In this document: positions 25,981-40,587 of the stretch, piece after piece | Layout of the letters: every line of letters starts with the position of its first letter | Numbering within the stretch: position 1 is the first letter of the stretch | Source: Anaeramoeba ignava BMAN | Lineage: Eukaryota; Protista; Anaeramoebae | DNA: 64,000 bases | Direction of reading: 5' to 3' | NCBI GenBank assembly: GCA_028826165.1 | Contig: JAPDFW010000095.1 | Location: 1-64,000 of the forward strand | The notes under the pieces: generated by a model | The model's database searches: none | What the model was told of the DNA's origin: nothing | Seen by the model: only the letters and a program-made list of their open reading frames with translations | Program-made: the position numbers and the translations under genes

Positions 25981-27517
25981 ATGGAAATTGAAAAAGAAAA
26001 AATTATTGAAGACAAATTAACAAAAATTTCTTTTAAATCACAAATTATGGAAATTCAAACAAATTTATTAAAACCAGTTTCAATAGAATATTTGACTGAA
26101 ATTGTAAAAAGAATTTAATTCATTTAAAATATAATTTAATATTTAAAATACAATTTAAAATACAATTTAATATCAATTTAAAATACAATTTAATATTTAA
26201 AATACAATTTAATATCAATTTAAAATACAATTTAAAATATAATTTAATATTTAAAATATAATTTAATTCAATTTAATATACAATTTAATATATAATATGC
26301 AATTTAAAATATAATTTAATTCAATTTAATATTTAAAATATAATTTAATATTTAATATTTAAAATTCAATTTAATATTTAATATTTAATTTTAAAAAAAA
26401 AAGGCTAAATATTTACAACCAAATTCTTATCAAGAAGTTGTAATTGAAAGATCTGAATGCAGATTTATTTGTGGATTTCCTCCTTGCAATAAATCTCTTG
26501 ATAAAAATTACAAACCAAAACATAAAATTTTACCAAATCAAGGAATTATAATTGATGCAACAGAATTAAATCGATATTGTTCTATGAAATGTTATCAAAA
26601 TTCTAAAAAATTTGAAGAAATGCTTGAAAATACTCCAATTTATTTAAGAGAAAAACCTAAAAAACAATTTAAAGTTACATTTAAAAAACCTGAAAATTCA
26701 GAAAATAAATTAGATAATCAAAATAATATCGAAATTGAAAATAAGGATTTGAATAATTTTACACAAGAATTCCAAGAAAAATTACAAATTAAAGAAGAAA
26801 ACACTGAAAAATTATTTATTGGAAATGAAATGAATGAAGATCAATGGTTTTTATTAAATGATGATGATGAAGATGATGAAGATGAAAAAATCAATTTAAT
26901 TTTAACTGAATTTCAATTCATTTTAAATACTTTTATTGAATGGATAACACCAAAAACTTCAAAATTTTTCAAAAAATATGAAAATGAAAATCAAAATGAA
27001 AATGAAAATCAAAATGAAAATCAAAATAATATTGAAAATGAAAATCAAAATAATATTGAAATTGAAAATAATATTGATAACTTGGAAAATTTGGAAAATT
27101 TAAACCATTTTGAATTGATTCAACTTGAAAAGAAAAAGTTTTTTTCTGAACTTATTAATAGGAAAATTAGAACTCTTTATCAAAAATTTAATATTCAAGT
27201 TAATCCAGCAAAAACAAAACTTTGGCAATTAATTCGTACTTTTGATTTTATAAATCCCATTTCTTCATTTAATCCTGAACAATGGAAAATATTTGCTTTT
27301 GTTCTTTTTGAAAGGTAAAAAACAACAACAATTTTTCTGGTTTTTCTTTTTTGATTAATTTCTAATTTTTGTTTTTAGTTTATGTTCAGCAGAAAAAAAT
27401 GAAGTTTATCAAAAAATTCATTCAAATAAAGATGAAATTTATAATTTATTATTAGAAGAATGCCAACTTACTCAAAACCAAATGAACACTTTATTACATA
27501 TTATGAATTGTTTATAA
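25981..27517 (+). CDS. RPAP2: RNA polymerase II CTD phosphatase RPAP2/Rtr1
   Basis: The exon from ~26404 reads YLQPNSYQEVVIERSECRFICGFPPC...RYCSMKCYQNS (Rtr1 zinc finger). The C-terminal LIRTFDF..PEQW is also RPAP2-like. Three exons. Confidence 0.85.
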
Positions 27518-27586
27518 TTTTATAATAAGAACAAAAAAAATATTTTTTTTTTACTTTTAGGGAAAAAATCTTTTTTGTTACAAATC

Positions 27587-29156
27587 CTATTTTTTAGAAG
27601 AAAATAAAGGAATAATCACTTGATTATAAATTTGAAAAAATCTTTCTCTTAAATTTTGTAGTTTTTCTTCTCTTTTTTCATTTTCTTGAATTGGAATATT
27701 TTCTGTTAATTTTTGGGAATCAGAAGATAATTTCGAATGATTAATTATTGGAATATCATCTTCAAAACTAGTAGTAGAATCCAGATCTTCTTGCAAAATT
27801 TGTTGGAAATTTGTTTTGTTATCGATAATTTGAGAATTGGAAGAAAGATCAAGATTATCATTTTCATTTGAATTTTGAATTTTAGAATTGTTAATATGTT
27901 GACTCCAAATTTGTTGGAAATGATTAAAAGAAAAAGATTGTGATTGAATTTCTGACAAAAATTGAAAAGAAAAAGCAAGAATTTCTGCTCTTTTTTCAAG
28001 TCTTTTTTTGAAAAGATGAGAAAAAAGCATCCAATCATAAGCAATACAAAAATAAAGAAAACTATCAACAGACATAGACTGGTGAATAACGCCATCCGCC
28101 CAAAGAGAGCAACGCAAAATACTAATAAAAAGTGGTGTTCTATCATAACCTGAAATGCAGTGAATATTGACACCTCGATTTGGATGAGGATCTGAAACCA
28201 TGAGTAAAAACAACATGAAATAGTTTTGTGTTAATTTTAAAAGATCCCATTCTTTAAATTTACTGAAATCAATTTCTTTTATTAGATTTATTTCCTGCAA
28301 AAACGGTGATATAGATACTTCCACATTATTTCTTGAATTTTCCCAATTGTATTTAATATTTTCCCCACTGTATTTGTTTTCTGAGATGTTTCTAAATAAT
28401 TCTATTCCGGGATATGGACAACAACTAATTTGGAATTGTTGATATTCTGGGAAATCATTGATGATTTTTTTTTCTGATGAAGAAACAATAAAACCAAATT
28501 TCTTTTTTTCATATTCAACCATTAAATCCATAATATAAACAATTTTTAATTGATTTAGCAAACTAACATCAGCTCTTCTAATCTTTATCTAACAAAATCT
28601 TTGAGACTTGTTTTTTTTTTGATTCAGATTTTTTGATTTTTATTTTTATATTTATATTTTGGTTTGATTCCACTTTTTCAAAATTTTTTGCTTTTTGATT
28701 TTCAAATTCTTTCTTTATTTGGTTTATTTCCTTTTCATTTAAGAAATTTTTCAATTTTGTATTTGCTTTGAAAAATAACTCTTTTTCTGATGAAATTGTT
28801 GAAGATCTTGCAATTATTTTATTTTGAATTGAAATTACACTTATTGGAAATCTATTTCTTGCTCTTCCAAGTCTTGATTTACGGATTATTTGATTTAAAT
28901 CATCCATTGATTCTTTTTTTGAATCAAAAATATTTTCATTTCCCCAAATTAGAATTGAGTTTGGATAACTTGGACAAAAACTATGTTGAAAATTATTAAT
29001 CACTTCAAAATTATCATCTAAAGAGAGAATAATTTCAATTTTATGTTGAATTTTTTCTAATTCTAATGTTTGTTTGTGATTTAATTGTGAGGAATTTTTG
29101 AAGTAATAAAGAAATAAATTTTTTAAATCTAATTCAGAAATGATATTATTATTCAT
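27587..29156 (-). CDS. MTMR14: Myotubularin-related protein 14-like phosphoinositide phosphatase (1-nt frameshift near 28584)
   Basis: Motifs SRLGRARNRFP, DLMVEYEKKKFG, SSEK, PYPGIELF, WDLLKLTQNY, the catalytic HCISGYDRTPLFIS and AYDWMLFSH. Removing one A joins the two ORFs as DKIRRADVSLL. Confidence 0.9.
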
Positions 29157-29204
29157 TTTAAATATTTGGAAAGGAAAAAAATGAATTTTACAAAAAAATT
29201 TTAT

Positions 29205-30175
29205 AAAATAAATTTATTCCACATTTTTATTAATTAAAATAAATTTATTTCCATATTTTATTAATTAAAATAAATTTATTCCACATTTTTATTAATTAAA
29301 ATAAATTTATTTCATATTTATTAATTAAAATAAATTTATTAATTTACATTTTTAATTAAAATAAAAATTAATTAAAATAAATTTATTTCATATTTTATTA
29401 ATTAAAATAAATTTATTTCATTTTTATTAATTAAAATAAATTTATTTCACATTTTTATTAATTAAAATAAATTTATTTCACATTTTTATTAATTAAAATA
29501 AATTTATTTCACATTTTTATTAATTAAAATAAATTTATTCCACATTTTTATTAATTAAAATAAATTTATTCCATTTTTATTAACTAAAATAAATTTATTT
29601 CATATTTATTAATTAAAATAAATTTATTTCATTTTTATTAATTAAAATAAATTTATTCCATATTTATTAATTAAAATAAATTTATTTTCACATTTATTAA
29701 TTAAAATAATTTTTTATTTCATATATTTATTAATTAAAATAAATTTATTCCATTTTTATTAATTTTTATTAATTAAAATAAATTTATTCCACATTTATTA
29801 ATTAAAATAAATTTATTCCACATTTATTAATTAAAAATAAATTTATTTCATATTTTTATTAATTAAAATAAATTTATTTCATTTTTATTAATTAAAATAA
29901 ATTTATTCCATATTTATTAATTAAAATAAATTTATTTCACATTTATTAATTAAAATAAATTTATTTCACATTTTTATTAATTAAAATAAATTTATTCCAC
30001 ATTTTTATTAATTAAAATAAATTTATTCCACATTTATTAATTAAAATAAATTTATTCCACATTTATTAATTAAAATAAATTTATTTCATATTTTTATTAA
30101 TTAAAATAAATTTATTCCATATTTATTAATTAAAATAAATTTATTCCATTTTTATTAATTAAAATAAATTTATTT
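29205..30175. repeat. ~31-33-bp minisatellite (TTATTAATTAAAATAAATTTATTCCACATTT), about 30 copies
   Basis: Head-to-tail copies fill the MTMR14/SMCR8 divergent intergenic region. Each unit contains the palindromes TTAATTAA and AATAAATTTATT. Confidence 0.9.
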
Positions 30176-30263
30176 ATTTCATTTTTTCATTTTTCATTTT
30201 TCATTTTTCATTTTTTCATTTTTCATTTTTCTTCTTTTAATAAATTTTTTAATTTATTTTAAA

Positions 30264-33200
30264 ATGAATAAATCAAATCCAAAATTTACAGATTTAATTT
30301 TATTAAGTGAATTTTGTCAACAAAAAGGACCGAGTGTTTTATACTCTTTTCCAACACAAACACAACCATTAACAGAAATAGCACTTCAAGTAATGTCAAC
30401 AAATTATCAAACATCACAAGTAGGAAAATTAATGGAAGACACACAATTTGTAATAAAAATACGGAGAGAAAATGAAAAAACATTATATGCTTATGTAAAA
30501 AAAATTTTAAAATAAAATTTCAAATAAAAATTTTCAATTCAAAAAATTATTTGACAGCAAAGTAAAATCATTCATCTCATTTTTCCTCATTTTTATAACC
30601 CATATTTCTTTAGGTTCACCACTTCACATTATTTGATGTTCAAGCTAGAGGATGCGTTCGTCCGTTGTGCTTTAGTTATTTAAGCACTAGTTATGATAAA
30701 ATCATGTCCAATTTTATTGCATTTTTAATTCAATTTTCAAAAATAACTAGTCTTTTAAAATTAGATAATCTCCTTACTTTTCTTCTTCAAATAGAAATAA
30801 GAGAAAAAGATCTTTTATATTCAAAAGAAAAATTTGATACGAATTCACATAAAGTGAAAATTCAATTTAAAATTCAATTTAAAATTCAATTTAAAATTAA
30901 AATTAAAGTTAAAATTAAAATTCAATTTAAAATTAAAATTAAAATTAATATTAAATTAAAATTAAAATTAAAATTAAAATTAAAATTCAATTTAATATTA
31001 ATATTAAAATTCATTTATAAATTCAATTTGTTTTATTTTGTTTAAATTAAAGGATTTCGAAGTTCATTTTTTACTTCTTCCCGAATTTATCATAGATTTA
31101 AAAAAAATTAAGAAATCAATTATAAAATCAATATCAACTAAATTAGCTTCTTTCCTTTTATATATTGCACAAATAAAAGATAGAAAATGGAATTATTTTT
31201 TTGACAATCCAGAAATTGAAAAACTAAATATTAAAGATAAACTAAAATCATATATAAGATACATTGCATCTTTTTATGAACCCAAACTTTTTAAATATAC
31301 AAGTCCTGATGATGCATTAGATTCTATTGAAACAAATTTATCAAAAAATTTTTATCATCATATTATAATTAATTATATTCATCCCTTGTTTTTTGAATTT
31401 TCTATCAGTCAAGCTTGCCATTTATTCAATTCAAATTTAATTACAAAATCTTCTCAATCAACTTTCTTATTAAATATCGGTCAAATTCCTGATATAGATT
31501 TTTCTTTTTCAAATATTAATCAAGATTTCTTCGATAAAAATATTATTTCTTTTTTGAATTTGGATAATGTTTTGAATTTTAATGGTTCTATTTCTGATTA
31601 TCTTCTATCTTCTAAATGGTTGAAATCAGAAAATCAAATTTCGGATATTTTTCATTCACTTTCCAAAAAATTTAGTCACAATATGCAATTTTTTAATAAT
31701 AATAATAATAATGAAAATCAAAATCAAAATAACAATCAAAATGAAAATCAAAATCAAAATGAAAATCAAAATCAAAATCAAAATGAAAATGAAAATAAAA
31801 ATGAAAATCAAAATCAAAATCAAAATTCAAAATCAAAATCAAAATCAAAATCAAAATCAAAATCAAAATCAAAATAAAAATGAAAATATAAATCAAAATC
31901 AAAATGAAAATCAAAATGAAAATCAAAATCAAAATCAAAATATAAATCAAAATATAAATGAAAATCAAAATCAAAATCAAAATCAAAATCAAAATGAAAA
32001 TCAAAATATAAATGAAAATCAAAATATAAATGAAAATCAAAATAAAAATGAAAATAATAATGAAAATCAAAATCAAAATAACAATGAAAATGAAAATGAA
32101 AATGAAAATCAAAATCAAAATGGAAATCAAAATCAAAATATAAATGAAAATCAAAATAAAAATCAAAATCAAAATAAAAATAAAAATCAAAATCAAATTC
32201 AAATTGAAAATGAAAATAATCAAAATCAAAATATAAATGAAAATAAAAATGAAAATAAAAATGAAAATCAAAATCAAAATCAAAATCAAAATCAAAATCA
32301 AAATCAAAATCAAAATCAAAATCAAAATCAAAATGAAAATATAAATCAAAATCAAAATGAAAATCAAAATGAAAATCAAAATATAAATGAAAATATAAAT
32401 GAAAATGAAAATAAAAATGAAAATCAAAATATAAATCAAAATATAAATGAAAATCAAAATCAAAATAAAAATCAAAATCAAAATCAAAATCAAAATCAAA
32501 ATCAAAATAAAAATAAAAATCAAAATATAAATCAAAATCAAAATCAAAATCAAAATCAAAATCAAAATCAAAATCAAAATCAAAATCAAAATCAAAATCA
32601 AATTGAAAATCAAAATCAAAATCAAAATCAAAATCAAAATAAAAATCAAAATCAAAATAAAAATAAAAATCAAAATATAAATCAAAATATAAATCAAAAT
32701 ATAAATCAAAATGAAAATGAAAATGAAAATGAAAATCAAAATCAAAATCAAAATATAAATGAAAATCAAAATCAAAATCAAATTCAAAATCAAAATCAAA
32801 TTCAAAATCAAATTCAAAATCAAAATCAAAATCAAAATCAAAATCAAAATCAAAATCAAAATCAAAATCAAATTGAAAATCAAAATCAAAATATAAATCA
32901 AAATAAAAATGAAAATATAAATCAAAATCAAATTGAAAATGAAAATGAAAATGAAAATCAAAATCAAAATCAAAATCAAATTCAAAATCAAAATCAAAAT
33001 CAAAATCAAAATCAAAATCAAAATCAAAATCAAAATCAAAATATAAATAAATATCAAAATCAAAATCAAAATAAAAATCAAAATAAAAATAAAAATGAAA
33101 ATGAAAATGAAAATGAAAATCAAAATCAAAATCAAAATCAAAATCAAAATCAAAATATAAATCAAAATCAAAATGAAAATCAAAATAAAAATCAAATTCA

Positions 33201-34891
33201 AATTCAAATTGAAAATGAAAATAAAAATCAAAATCAAAATCAAAATCAAAATAAAAATAAAAATGAAAATGAAAATGAAAATGAAAATGAAAATCAAAAT
33301 CAAAATATAAATGAAAATCAAAATCAAATTCAAATTCAAAATCAAAATCAAATTCAAAATCAAATTCAAAATCAAAATCAAAATCAAAATGAAAATCAAA
33401 ATGAAAATCAAAATGAAAATCAAAATGAAAATCAAAATCAAAATCAAATTGAAAATCAAAATCAAAATCAAAATGAAAATGAAAATCAAAATCAAAATCA
33501 AAATATAAATGAAAATCAAAATCAAAATCAAAATCAAAATCAAATTCAAAATCAAAATCAAATTCAAAATCAAATTCAAAATCAAAATCTAAATCAAAAT
33601 CAAAATATAAATGAAAATGAAAATCAAAATCAAAATCAAAATCAAAATGAAAATCAAAATCAAAATGAAAATCAAAATAACAATGAAAATCAAAATCAAA
33701 ATCAAAATCAAATTAAAAATATAAATGAAAATGAAAATCAAAATCAAAAATCAAAATCAAAATCAAAATCAAAATCAAAATCAAAATCAAAATCAAATTG
33801 AAAATCAAAATCAAAATATAAATGAAAATCAAAAATATATTTTAATTGATGATTATCTTTCAAATATTCCAGAAAACAAAACTCAAACAAAAGAAATCAC
33901 ATTTGATATGAATTTTCAAGATCAAAATAGATTTCGAAGTTCAATTAAAAGAACTTCATCATATCAAAAAGAACTTTTCAACAAAACATTTTTGACGACA
34001 AAAAGTGAAAATAATTTATTAGCCAATATTTATGATCAAGAAATTGAAACTAAACCACAAGAAAATTGGTCATTTTTAGATTTATTCCATTCTTTCAACA
34101 TTAATTCATTGGGAAAAGGATTAACACTTCGAGAAATTGATAAAATTGTAAATCAATTAAATTGGTGTTTAGATCAAGTTCTATTTGCAATCTTTACAGG
34201 AAGATTGCTTATCATATATACAGATGAAGACAAAAAGGAAAATGTGGAGAAGATGATTAAATTCCTCTCTTTGTTTATTCCAGGAAATTGTCATGTTGAT
34301 TTTTGGAGGAAATCTCCAATCAATTTTTTTGAAATGGAAAAATTAAAAATTTGTGGATTATCAAATGATATCGAAATTCCTAAAAAGATTCTTCCATTTG
34401 TTTCTTTGTTAGATCTCCAAAAAAATGAAATCCATTCGCCTTCTTATGCAAATCCAATCACGAAGAAACATTTTCTTTTCAAAATCATTTCAACTTTCAA
34501 ATATTTCTCAAAAAAAGAAATTTTTCTTTCTCTTATTCATCAAAATATTTATGAGTTTTCTTTAAAAGCAGATATTTATTTCCATGTTCTTATGAATAAT
34601 CAATTTCCAACATCAAATTTATTTTTTGGGAATTTCCAAATTGAAAAATTGAATGATATTTATGGAATAGATTCAAATTTCCTTACAAATTCTTATTTCA
34701 ATCTAAACTTAAATTTAAATGAAATGAAGATTTTAAAAATACTTGAAGTTTATGAACATGATCTCCAAATTTTAATGTATTTTATTCGATTGATAACAGC
34801 ACAAATTGTTAGCGAAAATTCTTCTCAAAACACAATTCAATCAAAAATTCATTTAGATTTCCGAAATTCAAATATAAAATACAAGAAATGA
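30264..34891 (+). CDS. SMCR8: SMCR8-like longin/DENN protein with ~700-aa N/Q insertion
   Basis: DLILLSEFCQQKGP, IALQVMSTNYQ and YAY|VHHFTLFDVQARGCVRPLCFSYLS..DKIM match the SMCR8 uDENN domain. AIFTGRLLII..LSLFIPG matches cDENN. Introns lie at ~30495-30613 and ~30854-31052, with 1-nt shifts near 31826 and 33750. Confidence 0.85.
31694..33835 (+). repeat. 2.1-kb (AATCAA/AATGAA/AATATA)n coding microsatellite (poly-NQ/NE)
   Basis: ORF 31711-33801 translates almost entirely to N, Q, E, I and K. Confidence 0.9.
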
Positions 34892-34971
34892 AACAGAAAC
34901 AATTAAATCAAAAAGAAAATGAGAAAATTTTTTATTTAATCAATAAAAGCAAAATTGGAAATGAAAACTTT

Positions 34972-36669
34972 TTAAAGATTTTGTTTTTGGAATTTTGATT
35001 TTGCTTTTGTTACTATATTTGGTTCTCTTTCATCTAATTGAAAAAAATCCATTGCTTTAGTTAATTCTTCGATTATTTCTTCATTTAAATCTGAATTAAT
35101 TTGATTTGTGTATAAATAGTCAATCATAATCTGAAGTGAATTATGAGAAATTTCTGAATAATCATGAACTTGACCCGAATCATCAACCACATTCAAAAAC
35201 ATCCCACGGAATAATTGAGATCTTGCCCAAAGAATAATTTTATGAACTTTGAAAAATTTTGATTGTGAAATTATTGTGAAATCTTTACTTTCTTCATCTC
35301 TAAACATTTTTTCAACAGTGCTTTCAACAATCAGATTTGGGGGTTTTTCTTGCATGAGTTCTTCGAAAATTAATTTGTGATTCATATCAATTTTTAAATC
35401 AGAATTTCCATATAAAAACTTGACGAAAGAATAAGCATTTTCAAAAGATTGAGTTGATAAATATTGTTTGAATTTAGGGAAATTTTTCCCAAAAATAAAT
35501 TGAAGATAAACATTATGAGCTGATACTGGTTTCTTGTATGTATTTGTTGCCAACTCCACATCAAATCCCTCTTTTGTTTCGAAAAAACGGAAAAATTCAT
35601 TTCTTAATGAAGATTGAGAAACATAATAAAAAATTCCATTAAAAGCACCAGTTGAAATGTAGTAATTTTCAATTGGAAAAGTCAGTTCAGGGAGAATGAG
35701 TTGAGTAGGCACATTTTGCGAAGTAAAGCTTCCGATCCCAAGCTGTCCGCTCGGGTTTAATCCCCATCCATATATTTTCCCCTCTCTTGTCATCGCTATT
35801 GTGTGATAACATCCAGCATCGACTTGCACAACATCTTGGTTTTCAAAAAAGGCAATTTTGGTGAAAGTAGATATATCACCTGTGTTGAGATGGCCGTGGC
35901 AAGAAGAATACCCGGAAGAGTATAAACATCCTTGATCTCCAATTTTAAGCAAAATGAGAGAGTGTTGATATGCTCCTACTATTTTTTCAACTTTTCCTTT
36001 GTCTTTTAAATCAACTTTTGTCAATGATTTAATTGAATCATTTTTTCTTTCTATTCCTAACTCTCCGGTTCCATTTTTGCCGCATGCGAAAATATTATCT
36101 TCTAAATCAATACAAAAAAATCCAAATGAATAATTTCCTGAAAAAATTCTCGAAATTTTTGATTTAATTTTTTTCATTTCAACTCGATCTTGAGAAGGAG
36201 CACTTCCAAGTTGCCCATATTTATTGCTTCCAATTCCATAAGCAATTTGTTTGTCTGTTAGGAAATATACTGAGCTGACTCCACAACAAATATTGACTAC
36301 TTTTTCATCTGGTTTGACTAACAAACTTGAAATATTTATAATTTCATTTATTTTATTTTCATCAATTGATTCTCCTTTTGCATAAACTTCTCCATTTTCT
36401 GTTAAATATGAATAATTTCCATAGCCAACCGATATTTGGATTGCTTTTTTTACTGGTAAATATTCATTTTTTGAATTGTTTATAAATTGGATTATTTCTC
36501 CTTCTTTTGTTAAAATGAGTGTTCCATAATTTCCCATTTTGATTTCTTCAATTTCATATTCTTCTGGTATAATTTTTAGTTTTGTTGGTGATTTTTTATA
36601 TTTTTCTGATGGTTTTTGTGATTCAAGTAAAAAACTTCCTCTTCCCCAAAAAAATATTTCATTATTCAT
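34972..36669 (-). CDS. RCC1-repeat plus BTB domain protein
   Basis: RCC1 blades GSNKYGQLG, CGKNGTGELG and VDAGCYHTIAMTREGKIYGWGLNPSGQLG. BTB motif SKDFTII..FKVHKIILWARSQLFRGMF. Likely ATG at 36669. Confidence 0.9.
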   Translation of the reverse strand: MNNEIFFWGRGSFLLESQKPSEKYKKSPTKLKIIPEEYEIEEIKMGNYGTLILTKEGEIIQFINNSKNEYLPVKKAIQISVGYGNYSYLTENGEVYAKGESIDENKINEIINISSLLVKPDEKVVNICCGVSSVYFLTDKQIAYGIGSNKYGQLGSAPSQDRVEMKKIKSKISRIFSGNYSFGFFCIDLEDNIFACGKNGTGELGIERKNDSIKSLTKVDLKDKGKVEKIVGAYQHSLILLKIGDQGCLYSSGYSSCHGHLNTGDISTFTKIAFFENQDVVQVDAGCYHTIAMTREGKIYGWGLNPSGQLGIGSFTSQNVPTQLILPELTFPIENYYISTGAFNGIFYYVSQSSLRNEFFRFFETKEGFDVELATNTYKKPVSAHNVYLQFIFGKNFPKFKQYLSTQSFENAYSFVKFLYGNSDLKIDMNHKLIFEELMQEKPPNLIVESTVEKMFRDEESKDFTIISQSKFFKVHKIILWARSQLFRGMFLNVVDDSGQVHDYSEISHNSLQIMIDYLYTNQINSDLNEEIIEELTKAMDFFQLDEREPNIVTKAKSKFQKQNL

Positions 36670-37079
36670 TTTTAATTTCAAAAAAAAAATGAAAAAAATG
36701 AAAATGAAAAAATTTTTTCATTTTTTTCTTTCTTTTCTTTCTTTTTTAAAGAAAAATGTCAGATTTTGTTCCTCCTATTTTTCTTTCTATTATAAAAAAA
36801 CCTCCTAATTTACAAATAATTAAAGATCTTTGTTCAAATCCTCAAAATTTACAAATTGAAGTTTTATCAAAATTAAAATTAAAACTAAAAACTTTCTTTT
36901 CAATTTAAATTCATTTTTTCTCTTTTTAAAAGTTTGTAAATTAATTTTTATTTTAATTTGATTATATAATTTATAATTAAAAATTAATTTATTTATTAAG
37001 AATGTAAAAAAACAATTTCATCTCTTTTTTTTAAGAAATTTCTTAATTTTTTTAAATTTAAATTTAAAATAAAAAAAAA

Positions 37080-38680
37080 ATGGAACAAAAATAATTAGAA
37101 TCTTTCTCCACTTCATTGGGCAATTTTTCATCAAGTTGATTTCGAAATTATTAAAATTATTTGTGAAAGTGGTTTTGATTTAAATAATTTTGTAATTCAT
37201 CCATTTTAAAAAAATCAAAAATTCAAATATTAAAAATATTTCTTTTTTTTTAGAAAACTTCCGTTTTTGAATATTCATTGATTAATTATCCTTCAATTCA
37301 GATATTGAAAATATTAATTGAAAATGGAGCTTATTTCCCAAAAAATGTTTATAAAAAATTATTTATAAAAAAAAATTTATTAATTTTTGTTCCACTTTTT
37401 TTTTTTTTTTTTGAATAGATTAATCTTTTTGTTTATTGTGTTGAAAATTCTCAAAATTTTGAAGTTTTTCAATATATTTGTGAACTTGGAGGGAATATTA
37501 ATATTGTTGGAGTAATTTTAATTTTTGGAAATGATTCTTGAAATTAATCACATTTTTTTTTATATAGAAAGTATTTAAAGAAAATTATTTTTATTTTCAA
37601 AAATAAATTCAAATATTTGAAAAATTAGTTTGTAAAATCTCTTTTTTATTTTTTTTCAATATAAAAATAATAATAAAAATAAATAATAAAAATAGTTAAA
37701 TTCAGTTTTACATTCAATTTGTATTTTTGGATGTGATATTTCTTTTGCAAAAACTGCTTTAAAATATGGAGCAGATCCAAAAATGATTAATGTAATTTAA
37801 TCACAAAAAAAGTGGAACAAAAATAAAAAAATTTTTTTAATTACTTTTGTTTTTTAGTTTGTAAATATAAAATTTTAAATTTGAATTTGAATTTGAATTT
37901 TAATTTAATTTTTAGTTTGTAAATTTTCAAAAAGAATTTTCTTATAAAAAAAATAATTTTAATTCAATTTATTAGGGATTTGAACCAATTCATTATGCAA
38001 AAGATCAAGAAATGAAAGATCTCCTTTTAAATTATCATACTTTAGTTGATGATCTATTATCATTTCTTCATCAACAACAAGTCAATGATTTGATAATAAA
38101 AACAAAAGACAAAGAAATCACAGCGAATAAAACAATTTTAAAAGCAAGAATAACAGAAGAAGAAATGACAAAGTTATTGCATTTCTTTAAGAACATTAAT
38201 TCGCAAGAAGTTATGCATTATTTGGAAATTATTTATGGAGGCATTTTACCCAAAAAAGAAAATTTTGAATTTATGCATGAATTTGAACGAATTTTCCCTA
38301 ATTTTCGAAAAAATTTACTTTTTCGAAAAAATGTAGTTTTGGATATTCAAAGATTATTTTATGATGAGGAATCAAAGGATTTTGAGATTATATTTGGATC
38401 TACTTCTATTAAAGCTCATAAAGCAATTTTAGCAGCAAGAAGTGCATTGTTTCAACACATGTTTATTTCTGTGAATGATAATTCAAACAGTGTTCATGAT
38501 TATACACAAAAAGATCCCCAAATTTTTCAATATTTTCTCAAGTTTTTATATTTTGATGATATTGATTCAGATCTTCCTCAAAAATTTATTGAAGATTTGG
38601 AAGATTGTATTGATTTTTATCAATTACATCCAAATTGTTTACTTACTGAAAAATTGAATGAAATTAAAATTGAAAAATGA
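37080..38680 (+). CDS. BTB domain protein with short ankyrin-like N-terminal exons
   Basis: Small exons (LSPLHWAIF, ILIENGA, VLHSIC..ALKYGADP) lead into ORF 38012-38680, which contains SKDFEII..IKAHKAILAARSALFQHMF. Confidence 0.75.
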
Positions 38681-38774
38681 AAAAAAAAATTTTTTTTTTT
38701 AAGAATTTTTATTTCTTTGGTTAGTTCAAAATGAAAAAAAAAAAAACAAGAACTTTTTTATTTTTTATTAACAT

Positions 38775-40457
<1,683 letters not shown>

Positions 40458-40587
40458 AAAAAAAATGAAAAATGAAAAATGAAAAATGAAAAATGAAAAA
40501 TGAAAAAAAATTTTTTGAATTTTAATTTTTATTTTTTTAATTTGAATTTAATTTTAATTTTGATTTGATTTTGATTTTAATTTCAAA

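Noticed and set aside
28578-28580. Possible stop-codon readthrough or alternative genetic code in MTMR14
   Set aside because: The two ORFs are in different frames and a 1-nt indel explains the break. TAA, TAG and TGA all terminate other genes here.
29205-30175. Possible CRISPR array (32-bp repeats)
   Set aside because: The repeats are contiguous with no unique spacers.
31693-33585. 630-aa poly-I/L/F ORF and similar ORFs (4617-4952, 23574-24509, 39441-39989, 60945-61940, several at 9.4-12 kb)
   Set aside because: These are shadow translations of microsatellites in alternative frames or on the opposite strand.
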